Position numbers and translations under genes: made by a program
NCBI GenBank assembly: GCA_036475815.1
Contig: JAZGAL010000021.1
Span: 1 to 49,446 of the forward strand
Source: Gemmatimonadota bacterium
GTDB taxonomy: Bacteria > Gemmatimonadota > Gemmatimonadetes > Palauibacterales > KS3-K002
Length of the DNA: 49,446 nt
Direction: 5' to 3'
Shown: positions 20,135-28,043 of the stretch, in pieces
How positions within the stretch are numbered: the stretch's first letter is position 1
Layout: each line of letters opens with the position of its first letter
Notes under the pieces: generated by a model
What the model saw: the letters and a program-made list of their open reading frames with translations, nothing else
What the model was told of the DNA's origin: nothing
Databases searched by the model: none

Positions 20135-20779
20135 TCACTGCTGATTACTGAAATCGCGGCCGCCGTCACCGCGGTACCGGTAGCGGAAGGTGACGCAACC
20201 GGGTCGTCCGCCGGGACAGTAATAACCGAGGAACCGCAGGACTGCGTACTTGCCGTCGGCCGTGCGGATCGCGTAGGCCCGGTCGGCGGGCCGCAGCAAG
20301 TGGGAGATCCAGCTGTAGTCGTACCAATTCTCTAAGGCGCGGTTACGGGACATCTCCCCAGACCCCGCGTCCTTCACGTAACCGCTGTCCGGGAGCACGA
20401 GCGCCGAATCGATCCTGGCGGTCCCCAGGTCGATCACACCCGCCCGCCCTCGAGGGTTCGTGGCGCCGCCGTTGCTGATTATCCTGTGCCGCTGAAAGGC
20501 GATGTCCCAGTCCAGGGAGCGTCTCGACTCGATGCTGACCACCGAGCCGCGGGAGAAGTCGAAGTAGACCCAGCGGTCGTGGGACGTGGCATCCACCGTG
20601 TGGTTGCGGGGACCGACCGACCTCTCGCCGACTTCCTCCGGTGACGGCGGCGACGGCGACGGCACAAAGGTCTCGACTTGCGGCTGCACAAGGCTGCTGG
20701 CGACCACACCGGCGATCAGCACCACGAATAGAAAGCCAACGGTGCTCAGTACTATTGTGGACAGTCTGGGCATCGGCAT
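20135..20779 (-). CDS. HmuY-family haem-binding protein with N-terminal membrane anchor
   Basis: VDATSHDRWVYFDF, WDIAFQRHRIISNGG, WYDY and IRTADGKYAVLRFLGYY..G..TFRY motifs typical of HmuY-like proteins. Confidence 0.75.
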   Translation of the reverse strand: MPMPRLSTIVLSTVGFLFVVLIAGVVASSLVQPQVETFVPSPSPPSPEEVGERSVGPRNHTVDATSHDRWVYFDFSRGSVVSIESRRSLDWDIAFQRHRIISNGGATNPRGRAGVIDLGTARIDSALVLPDSGYVKDAGSGEMSRNRALENWYDYSWISHLLRPADRAYAIRTADGKYAVLRFLGYYCPGGRPGCVTFRYRYRGDGGRDFSNQQ

Positions 20780-20786
20780 TCGTTCT

Positions 20787-22769
20787 TCAGTCGCGCTCCG
20801 TTCGTAGCAGCAGATCCCCTGATCCGCTCACCCGCACATGCCACGCCGGCGGCACCCAGGTCGTAGCGCTGTACTCCGCGATAACCGATGGGCCTTCGAT
20901 TCGATGCCCCGCCAGCAACGACCCGCGCTGAAAGAGCGGGACGTCGCGCCAGCCGCCCTCGACATAGACGCGAGTCGAGCGTTCCGGCTGCGGGGGTGTC
21001 TTTGCGGGCTCCAGCTCAAAGGGCCGAGGCCCCGTGACACGGGCGCACGCCGTGACTCGAAGCGTCACCGCCTCTACCACCGCGTCTTCGCGCCTGAAGC
21101 CGAAGCGCTTCTGGTGGGCCGCGTGAAAGGCCTCGAGCCACCCTATCGAAGCCGGCACGCCGAGCTCGTAACTCTGGCCCTCGTAGCGCGCATCGATCAC
21201 CCGGTCGACCGAAACAGCTTCGCCGGAGAACCCTTCGGCGGAAAGCTCGGCCCGCGCTAGCTCCTCCAGTTCAGCGAAGATCGGCTCCAGCGCCGCCAGC
21301 TCCGCCTCGGGTCCGCGGCGCAGTACGCTGCGAGACGTGTCCTTTCGAACATCTGCCACCAAGATCCCATGAGCCGACAGCGTACCCGGGTCGGGCGGCA
21401 CCAGCACGAGCGGCACCCCTAGTCGGGCGGCGAGCTCCGCCGCGTGCAGTGGCGCCGCGCCACCGAAGGCTACAAGAACCAGGTCCGCCGGATCGTAGCC
21501 GCGCTCCACGCTGATCAGCCGCAACGCACCCTCCATTAGAGTGTTCGCGACCTCCACGACTCCCAGCGCCGCGCTTTCGGGTGACTCGCCCAGTGCTGCG
21601 GCCAGATCGTCGAGCGGGCCCCGGATCGCTGCCCGATCGAGGATCTGACGGCCACCCAGGAACATCTCGGCCGGGATGCGGCCGAGCCAGACGTGCGCGT
21701 CGGTAACCGTGACCTCGCGACCACCTCTGCCGTAGCAGACGGGACCCGGCACGGCGCCGGCACTCTCGGGCCCCACCTTGAGGGCGCCGCCCGGATCGGG
21801 TCGCGCCATGGATCCGCCGCCCGCGCCGACCGTGTGAATGTCGATGACGGGGATCGCCACCGCCGACCCGGAGATCTCGTATTCCTTGGTGTTGATGGGG
21901 CGGCCCGGGCAGAGAGATACGTCGGTGGAGGTGCCACCCATATCGAAGGACAGGACCTGGTGAAAGCCGGCGCGCCGCGCCGCCTCGAGCGCCGCTACTA
22001 CGCCACCCGCGGGCCCCGAGAGAATGGTGTGCACCGGTTCACGGGCGGCCCGCTCCACGGAGAACGCGCCGCCGCCGGACCCCATGATCCGGACTCGTGT
22101 CGCTCCGCTCTCCTGCGCGAGAGTGTGAAGGTAGCGCTGGACCAGTGGTGCCACGTAAGCGTTCACCAACGCCGTGGAGAATCGCTCATACTCCCGATAC
22201 TCGGGCAGGAGGCGGCCCGAGCAGGTGATCGGAACGCCGAGACCGCTCAGCGCCTCGGCCACGGCTTCTTCGTGCGAGGGGTCGGCGTAGCTGTGCAGGA
22301 ACCCGATGGCGATCGATTCCATCTCACGCAGGCGATCGGTCAGAGCTTCCAGTTCTCCAGCTACCAGCGGGCTCTCCACCGAGCCGTCCTTGAGGATGCG
22401 GCCGCTGATGCCTACGCGGTCCTCGGCGCTGACCAGGGGAGCTGGCCGCTCGCCCACGAGGGCGTAGAGTTGGGGGCGGGCCTGCCGGCCGATCTCGATG
22501 AGGTCCTCGAAGCCCCGGTTTGTGATCCAGCCCGTTCGTGCGCCTCGGCGCTCAAGCAGCGCGTTCGTCGCGACCGTCGAGCCGTGGGCGAGAATGAACG
22601 GCTCCCCTGGCTCGAGTATCTCCCCGAGTCCTTCGAGAACCGCCTGCGCCGGGTTTCCCGGGGTCGAGGCGCGCTTGTGTACGCGTATCGTCCCCTGGCG
22701 AAGGACTACGAAGTCGGTGAACGTGCCACCGGTGTCGACGGCGACGACGGTGAGTTCCACGTTGTTCAT
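20787..22769 (-). CDS. Hydantoinase A / 5-oxoprolinase-family ATP-dependent subunit
   Basis: VDTGGTFTD, HGSTVATNALLER, SGPAGGV, DMGGTSTD, HTVGAGGGS, GPESAGAVPGP. No B subunit in the window. Confidence 0.9.
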   Translation of the reverse strand: MNNVELTVVAVDTGGTFTDFVVLRQGTIRVHKRASTPGNPAQAVLEGLGEILEPGEPFILAHGSTVATNALLERRGARTGWITNRGFEDLIEIGRQARPQLYALVGERPAPLVSAEDRVGISGRILKDGSVESPLVAGELEALTDRLREMESIAIGFLHSYADPSHEEAVAEALSGLGVPITCSGRLLPEYREYERFSTALVNAYVAPLVQRYLHTLAQESGATRVRIMGSGGGAFSVERAAREPVHTILSGPAGGVVAALEAARRAGFHQVLSFDMGGTSTDVSLCPGRPINTKEYEISGSAVAIPVIDIHTVGAGGGSMARPDPGGALKVGPESAGAVPGPVCYGRGGREVTVTDAHVWLGRIPAEMFLGGRQILDRAAIRGPLDDLAAALGESPESAALGVVEVANTLMEGALRLISVERGYDPADLVLVAFGGAAPLHAAELAARLGVPLVLVPPDPGTLSAHGILVADVRKDTSRSVLRRGPEAELAALEPIFAELEELARAELSAEGFSGEAVSVDRVIDARYEGQSYELGVPASIGWLEAFHAAHQKRFGFRREDAVVEAVTLRVTACARVTGPRPFELEPAKTPPQPERSTRVYVEGGWRDVPLFQRGSLLAGHRIEGPSVIAEYSATTWVPPAWHVRVSGSGDLLLRTERD

Positions 22770-22829
22770 CGGCTTGACAAGCTACCCGCTTGCTGTCGCA
22801 CGGGAAAGCATGCTCCGGCATCCTGGCTC

Positions 22830-22867
22830 TTTACTCACTCGCCGGCAGCGCTTAGGCTAGGGTCATG
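22830..22867 (+). promoter_or_regulatory. Putative sigma70-type promoter giving a leaderless transcript of the radical SAM gene
   Basis: TTTACT-N17-TAGGCT-N6-ATG(22865), with no Shine-Dalgarno. Confidence 0.5.
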
Positions 22868-24184
22868 TTTCGGAGCCATGTCATTTCCTGGAACCTCACC
22901 AAGAAGTGCAACCTGCGCTGCGAGCACTGCTACATCAGCGCGGGGCGCATATCGAAGGCGGAGGCGCAGGACGAGCTCTCCACCGAGGAGTGCTTTCGGG
23001 TCATCGATCAGATCTGCGAGGTGAATCCGGAGGCTCTGCTGATCTTAACGGGGGGCGAGCCTCTGCTGAGGAAGGACGTTTTCGAGATCGCCTCCCACGC
23101 CGACTCGAAGGGACTGTGGGTGGTCGTGGGGACAAACGGTGTGCTGGTCACCGAAGAGTTGTGCCGACGGGTGATCGATGCGGGGATCAGGGGCGTCGCC
23201 CTCTCGCTCGACTCGCTGGATCCTGCGACGCACGACCTTTTTCGCGGTGTCCAGGGTGCTTGGGACAACACCGTGAACGGCTCCAAGGTGCTGCGCGCGG
23301 CCGGTCTCCCGTTCATCATCCAGACGACGATCGGCAAGCACAACCTCGGGTCGATCCTGGACCTGGCTCGCTTCGCCTACGAGCTCGGCGCCCGTGTGTT
23401 CAACCTCTACTTCCTCGTGCCGACCGGCCGGGGTGCGTACACCAGCGACATCACGGCCCAGGAATATGAGGATACTCTGACGCAGTTGATTGAACTGCAG
23501 AAGGAATTCGCGGGCGTGATGCTCGTGAACTCCAAGTGCGCGCCCCATTATCAGCGGCTGCTCTACCAGCACGACTCCGACTCCCCATTCCTGAAGAGCT
23601 TCGCCGGCGGCGCGGGTGGCTGCCCTGCCGGGACGCACTATCTGGGCATTCGCCCGAACGGCGACATGACGCCCTGCCCCTACCTGCCGGTCTATGGCGG
23701 TAACCTGCGGGAGAAGACGTTCAGAGAGATCTGGGAGACATCGTCGGTTTTCACCAGGATCCGTGAACGCAACTCGCTGGGCGGTCGCTGTGGCGCTTGT
23801 GAGTTCAACGAGGTATGCGGCGGTTGCCGGGCGCGAGCCTACGGAGCCACGGGTGACTACCTGGCCGAAGATGCATGGTGTGTGTACGAGCCGGGCGAGT
23901 ACGGATTTCAGACGATCAGCTTCGAGGGGAAGACGACGTACGGGCTGGAGGTGGAGGGCAAGCTGCCATGGACTCCGGAGGCAAAGGGCCGGCTGGGTAA
24001 CGTGCCGTCGTTCGTGCGCGGCATGCTAGCGAAGCGTGTCGAGTCGTACGCGGGCGAAATGGGTTACGAGGAGGTAACCGCGGCCGTCATGCAGGAGGTG
24101 CGTGAACGCGTGATGAGCGGCCGAGTGGGCAACGTTCCACCTTTTGTGCGGAAGATGCTGGCGGGAGAAAACCCGTCTCGCTAG
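22865..24184 (+). CDS. Radical SAM/SPASM enzyme of AhbD/NirJ type (haem biosynthesis-like) with C-terminal PCP_red-like domain
   Basis: SWNLTKKCNLRCEHC, LTGGEPLLR, LVPTGRG and CAPHY. SPASM cysteines CPAG..PCPY..CGACEFNEVCGGCRARA..C. Tail WTPEAKGRLGNVPSFVRGML..VE.YA...G...VT. Confidence 0.8.
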   Translation: MFRSHVISWNLTKKCNLRCEHCYISAGRISKAEAQDELSTEECFRVIDQICEVNPEALLILTGGEPLLRKDVFEIASHADSKGLWVVVGTNGVLVTEELCRRVIDAGIRGVALSLDSLDPATHDLFRGVQGAWDNTVNGSKVLRAAGLPFIIQTTIGKHNLGSILDLARFAYELGARVFNLYFLVPTGRGAYTSDITAQEYEDTLTQLIELQKEFAGVMLVNSKCAPHYQRLLYQHDSDSPFLKSFAGGAGGCPAGTHYLGIRPNGDMTPCPYLPVYGGNLREKTFREIWETSSVFTRIRERNSLGGRCGACEFNEVCGGCRARAYGATGDYLAEDAWCVYEPGEYGFQTISFEGKTTYGLEVEGKLPWTPEAKGRLGNVPSFVRGMLAKRVESYAGEMGYEEVTAAVMQEVRERVMSGRVGNVPPFVRKMLAGENPSR

Positions 24185-24194
24185 GCTACCAAGC

Positions 24195-25706
24195 ATGACT
24201 CTCGGCGCGCTGCGAAAGAGCGGCCCAGTTCCCGACCGGGCCGAATTCGGCCGACTGGCCGGAAGTGCCGATCTGGTTCCCGTCTACAGGGAGATCCCCT
24301 TCGACGATGAGACGGCGGTCACCGCCTTCAGCAAGATCGCCGATCCACCCTTCGGATTCCTGCTCGAGTCGGTGATCGGCGGCGAGAAATGGGCCCGCTA
24401 CTCTTTCCTCGGTACCGGCGCAGTCGCCGCCTGGCGGCTGCGCGACCGCGAGCAGGACGTTTGGTCGCCTGAGAGCGGCTGGACACGGAGCGGTAGCACG
24501 GATGACCCGCTCGCCGCTCTGCAGGAGGTCATGCCGGGCCGACAGGTGGCGGAGCTGCCGGGTCTCCCGCGCTTCTGGGGTGGCGCCGTTGGGTATTTCG
24601 GCTACGACCTGGTACGCTTCTTCGAGAACCTGCCGAAGCCTACGGCGGCGGCGCTCGACGTACCCGATGCGCTGATCATGTTCAGCGACGTCGTGGTCGC
24701 GGTGGACAAGTTGTTCGACCGCGCCCTGGTCATCGCTGTGGCGCGGACGGGCGACGGTTCGGCGGCGGAAGCGTATGACGGAGCATTGGCGCGGATCGAC
24801 TCGACGATCGACCGGCTCCGCTCGCGCCCGGCGCCGGGGCCGCTGCGGCTGGATCCCGAAGCGTCTCCTGCGCGCTGGACCTCCTCGTATGATAGACGCG
24901 ACTTCGAGCGCGACGTCGATCGGATCCGCGAATACATTCGTGCGGGTGACGCGTTCCAGGTCGTACTGTCACAGCGGCTTACGGCCGAGCTCGAGGCCGA
25001 GCCGTTCCAGATCTACCGGACACTCCGAACGCTCAACCCGTCTCCCTATCTGTTCTACCTGGATCTGGACGGTCTCCAGCTCATCGGTTCGTCTCCCGAG
25101 GTGATGGTGCGGGTGGAGAACGAGCGGGTGATCGTGCGGCCGATCGCGGGCACGCGGCCGCGCGGGCTGACCGAGACCGAGGACATGGAGTTGGAAGCCG
25201 AGCTGCGCGCGGACGAGAAGGAGCGAGCTGAACACTTGATGCTCGTGGATCTCGGCCGGAACGACGTGGGTCGCGTGGCCCGCTATGGCAGCGTGAGCGT
25301 GCCCGAGTTCATGACGGTCGAGCGATACAGCCACGTGATGCACCTCGTGACCCAGGTGGAGGGGGAGCTGCAGGATGGACTCACCGCCTTCGACGCCTTC
25401 CGCGCCGCGTTCCCCGCCGGCACAGTCAGCGGTGCTCCCAAGATTCGGGCGATGGAAATCATTGACGAGCTGGAGCCGGTTCGTAGGGGGCCCTACGCGG
25501 GCGCCGTGGGCTACCTGTCCTACGACCGCAAGAACCTGGACACGGCCATCGCGATCCGCACCATCCTGGTGGAATCGGGCAGGGCTCACGTCCAGGCGGG
25601 GGCGGGGATCGTTGCCGACTCCGTTCCGAGCCGGGAATACGAGGAGACGCTGGGCAAGGCCCAGGCGCTGTTGAGCGCGTTGGCGGTCACGCGCGGTCGC
25701 TCGTAG
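24195..25706 (+). CDS. trpE: Anthranilate synthase component I
   Basis: FLLESV, GGAVGYFGYD, FQVVLSQR, NPSPY, GSSPE, PIAGT, EHLMLVDLGRND, PAGTVSGAPK, QAGAGIVADS. Confidence 0.9.
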   Translation: MTLGALRKSGPVPDRAEFGRLAGSADLVPVYREIPFDDETAVTAFSKIADPPFGFLLESVIGGEKWARYSFLGTGAVAAWRLRDREQDVWSPESGWTRSGSTDDPLAALQEVMPGRQVAELPGLPRFWGGAVGYFGYDLVRFFENLPKPTAAALDVPDALIMFSDVVVAVDKLFDRALVIAVARTGDGSAAEAYDGALARIDSTIDRLRSRPAPGPLRLDPEASPARWTSSYDRRDFERDVDRIREYIRAGDAFQVVLSQRLTAELEAEPFQIYRTLRTLNPSPYLFYLDLDGLQLIGSSPEVMVRVENERVIVRPIAGTRPRGLTETEDMELEAELRADEKERAEHLMLVDLGRNDVGRVARYGSVSVPEFMTVERYSHVMHLVTQVEGELQDGLTAFDAFRAAFPAGTVSGAPKIRAMEIIDELEPVRRGPYAGAVGYLSYDRKNLDTAIAIRTILVESGRAHVQAGAGIVADSVPSREYEETLGKAQALLSALAVTRGRS

Positions 25707-25743
25707 AGGCTGCGGTACCAGGCGGCCGAGGGCAGCTGCTGTC

Positions 25744-25781
25744 TTGACACCATTCGGAGGCCGATCTAGGCTCCAACTATG
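25744..25781 (+). promoter_or_regulatory. sigma70-type promoter, probably leaderless, for the 25779-27770 operon
   Basis: TTGACA(25744)-N17-TAGGCT(25767)-N6-ATG(25779). Confidence 0.65.
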
Positions 25782-26180
25782 GACTTGGGCCCCAGCCACA
25801 TAGTTGAAGCATCCGGTCAGGCGGTAGACGGGCACACCGCGCTCGCGCGGAAGTATCACGGTGCCGCCGTCTTCTATTTCGGATACGGCGTCTATTACCT
25901 CGCTCGCATCATAGCACTGGGGTGGCGCAGCGACTGGAACCGCCACGGCTTCAGTCCGGCTCTCGCCTGGGCCTTCATCTTCGTAGGCATCCTCATCACC
26001 GTCGCTTTTCCCTATTTCATATGGCGCCAGGTCCGCTGGTTCGCCATCGCGCTGGCCGTCGTGGTGTTCCTCCGGTCGGTCTACTTGTTCAGCCAGGGCA
26101 ACGTCGACTTCTTCCTCGCCCCCTTCCTCGTGAGCGCAGCGGCGGCGTGGATGCTGGCGCGTGCGGCCTGGGACCTCTGA
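25779..26180 (+). CDS. Small hypothetical membrane protein (about 4 TM)
   Basis: Hydrophobic ORF with typical codon usage, directly behind a consensus promoter and 5 nt before mrp. Confidence 0.65.
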   Translation: MDLGPSHIVEASGQAVDGHTALARKYHGAAVFYFGYGVYYLARIIALGWRSDWNRHGFSPALAWAFIFVGILITVAFPYFIWRQVRWFAIALAVVVFLRSVYLFSQGNVDFFLAPFLVSAAAAWMLARAAWDL

Positions 26181-26185
26181 GCGCC

Positions 26186-27073
26186 GTGAAGAAGCTCCGT
26201 ACTTACTTCCAGCTCCCCGATGGCACGGCGTCCGATATCGCTGGCCAGCTAGCCGTCAAGACGAAGCGGCTTCAGCGCCGCCTGGCGGCGGTCCAGCACG
26301 TCTTCGCTGTCATGAGCGGCAAGGGCGGAGTGGGTAAGAGTGTCATCACCGCCAACCTGGCGGCGCGTCTGGCTGACGAGGGTCTCTCGGTCGGTGTGCT
26401 CGACGCCGATCTCAACGGCCCTTCCATGGCCCGGCTGCTGGCAGCGAACGGGGAGCCGCTGCGGGTGACTGAGCGCTCCGTCGAACCGGCGGTCGGATCG
26501 GCTGGTGTCAAAGTCATGTCCATGGACCTGCTGCTGGCGGGCGAGGCGACACCCGTGGAGTGGGGCGGCCCCCAATCGGAAACCTTCCTTTGGCGTGGAA
26601 CGCTGGAAGCGAACACATTGAGAGAGTTCCTCTCCGACACGGCTTGGGGCAACCTCGACTACCTCATACTGGACCTTCCGCCGGGAACGGACAGGATCGC
26701 GCCGGTGCGCGACCTGCTGCCCACCCTGGGTGGTGTGATCGTCGTCACGGTGCCGTCCGAGCTGTCTCGGTTCATCGTGGGGAAATCGTTGACGTTGTCA
26801 CGGGAGATGGGTATCCCCGTGCTCGGATACGTGGAGAACATGTCGGGCTATGTCTGCCCGCACTGCGGAGAGGTGGGGCGGTTGTTCGATTCGGCAAGCG
26901 TGAGTTTCGAGGATGTGCCACGACTTGCGGGCTTGCCGTTCGATCCCGAGTTCGGACGAGAGACGGAGGCCGGACGTCCTGACGTCTTGCGGCGACCGGA
27001 CACCGAGGTAGGCCGCGGGATCCGTGTGATCGCCTCCGCAATCAGAGAGCACTTCGAGGGCCCAAGATCATGA
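26186..27073 (+). CDS. Mrp/ApbC/NBP35 Fe-S cluster carrier ATPase
   Basis: SGKGGVGKS, DADLNGPS, WRG, DLPPGT, ENMSGYVCPHC. Start GTG 26186; no N-terminal DUF59-type domain. Confidence 0.88.
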   Translation: MKKLRTYFQLPDGTASDIAGQLAVKTKRLQRRLAAVQHVFAVMSGKGGVGKSVITANLAARLADEGLSVGVLDADLNGPSMARLLAANGEPLRVTERSVEPAVGSAGVKVMSMDLLLAGEATPVEWGGPQSETFLWRGTLEANTLREFLSDTAWGNLDYLILDLPPGTDRIAPVRDLLPTLGGVIVVTVPSELSRFIVGKSLTLSREMGIPVLGYVENMSGYVCPHCGEVGRLFDSASVSFEDVPRLAGLPFDPEFGRETEAGRPDVLRRPDTEVGRGIRVIASAIREHFEGPRS

Positions 27074-27507
27074 AGTTCCTGTGCGTAGACTGCGACGCCC
27101 AGATGGCATCGGTGGAGAAGACGCTCCCCGGCGACGGGACTCTGGCGCTGGTGTTCCGTTGCCCGGCCTGCGAGCGCGAGATCGCCATGTTGACCAACCC
27201 CATGGAAACACAAATGGTGAACAGCCTTTGCGTGGACGTGGGTGGCCGTGCCGTGCCGGAACAGCCGTTCGAGTTGGTTCGCTCCCAGCTCAAGACCGGC
27301 GGCGAGGACGCGTTGCGGGATATGCCCGGCTCCGCGGAGCCGACCTGGAGTGAGGAAGCGGAGGCCAGGCTGGGCCGCGTGCCGGGTTTCGTTCGAGGTA
27401 TGGTGCGTCGTCTCTACGGCGAGTGGGCTCGCGATCGCGGCATAGCCGAGGTTACGCTGGCGATGATGGATGAAGCTCGTTCAGATCTCGGGCTGGAGGG
27501 CATGTGA
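27070..27507 (+). CDS. Zn-ribbon (CxxC...CxxC) plus PCP_red-like domain protein
   Basis: CVDC and CPAC. C-terminal WSEEAEARLGRVPGFVRGMVRR...ARDRGIAEVT. Overlaps both neighbours by 4 nt. Confidence 0.75.
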   Translation: MKFLCVDCDAQMASVEKTLPGDGTLALVFRCPACEREIAMLTNPMETQMVNSLCVDVGGRAVPEQPFELVRSQLKTGGEDALRDMPGSAEPTWSEEAEARLGRVPGFVRGMVRRLYGEWARDRGIAEVTLAMMDEARSDLGLEGM

Positions 27508-27770
27508 GCGAAGCGGGGGAAGTGCGGAGCGAGGGGTTCTCCGAATTGAACGGGGTGCTGGTGCGGGTGGACCACGATATCTGTGTGGGCTTCTCCGACT
27601 GCGTGGTGGCGGCGCCGGAGGTGTTTTTTCTCAACGATGATAATCTGGCGGTCGTCGTCGAGCCCGACGCGGTGGATCTCGACACCCTCAAGCAAGCCGC
27701 CGGCGTCTGCCCTGTGAGCGCGATCTTGCTGTTCGGCGAGGACGGGACGCCGCTCGATCTCGATGCTTAA
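27504..27770 (+). CDS. Small monocluster ferredoxin (probably [3Fe-4S] type)
   Basis: VDHDICVGFSDCVVAAPEVF...AAGVCPVSAI. Only three Cys, the second canonical Cys is absent; acidic. Confidence 0.8.
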   Translation: MSEAGEVRSEGFSELNGVLVRVDHDICVGFSDCVVAAPEVFFLNDDNLAVVVEPDAVDLDTLKQAAGVCPVSAILLFGEDGTPLDLDA

Positions 27771-27794
27771 GCCGGTTCGAGGGTGGCCGTTTTG

Positions 27795-27823
27795 TTGACA
27801 GGTGGAGAGCGGGTCGCTATACT
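27795..27823 (+). promoter_or_regulatory. Near-consensus sigma70 promoter for the USP / bd-like / aa3 operon
   Basis: TTGACA(27795)-N17-TATACT(27818). Confidence 0.8.
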
Positions 27824-27842
27824 CGCACGACTATTAACAAGA

Positions 27843-27859
27843 ATAACGATTCTCGTTAT
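27843..27859. promoter_or_regulatory. Palindromic operator, Fur-family box-like
   Basis: ATAACGA-TTC-TCGTTAT is a perfect 7-3-7 inverted repeat. 27842-27860 matches GATAATGATAATCATTATC at 14 of 19 positions by my count. Confidence 0.55.
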
Positions 27860-28043
27860 CGTTGGATGTCTTGAGGCGGGGATATCGAATCCGCCGCCGT
27901 TTCCAGGTTCCGGGGCTACCACCGCTGTTCCGACAACCGAGTCTCTAACTATGGTATCGATCGCGGGTCGCGATCGTTCTTGGATATAGCTATGCGTTGA
28001 TCCTCAAGAGCTGATCTCTTAAACCCTAGGCACCGAGGGATAA

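Noticed and set aside
27783-27989. 68-aa ORF in the ferredoxin-USP gap
   Set aside because: It runs across a consensus promoter and operator, has atypical composition and no recognisable motif.
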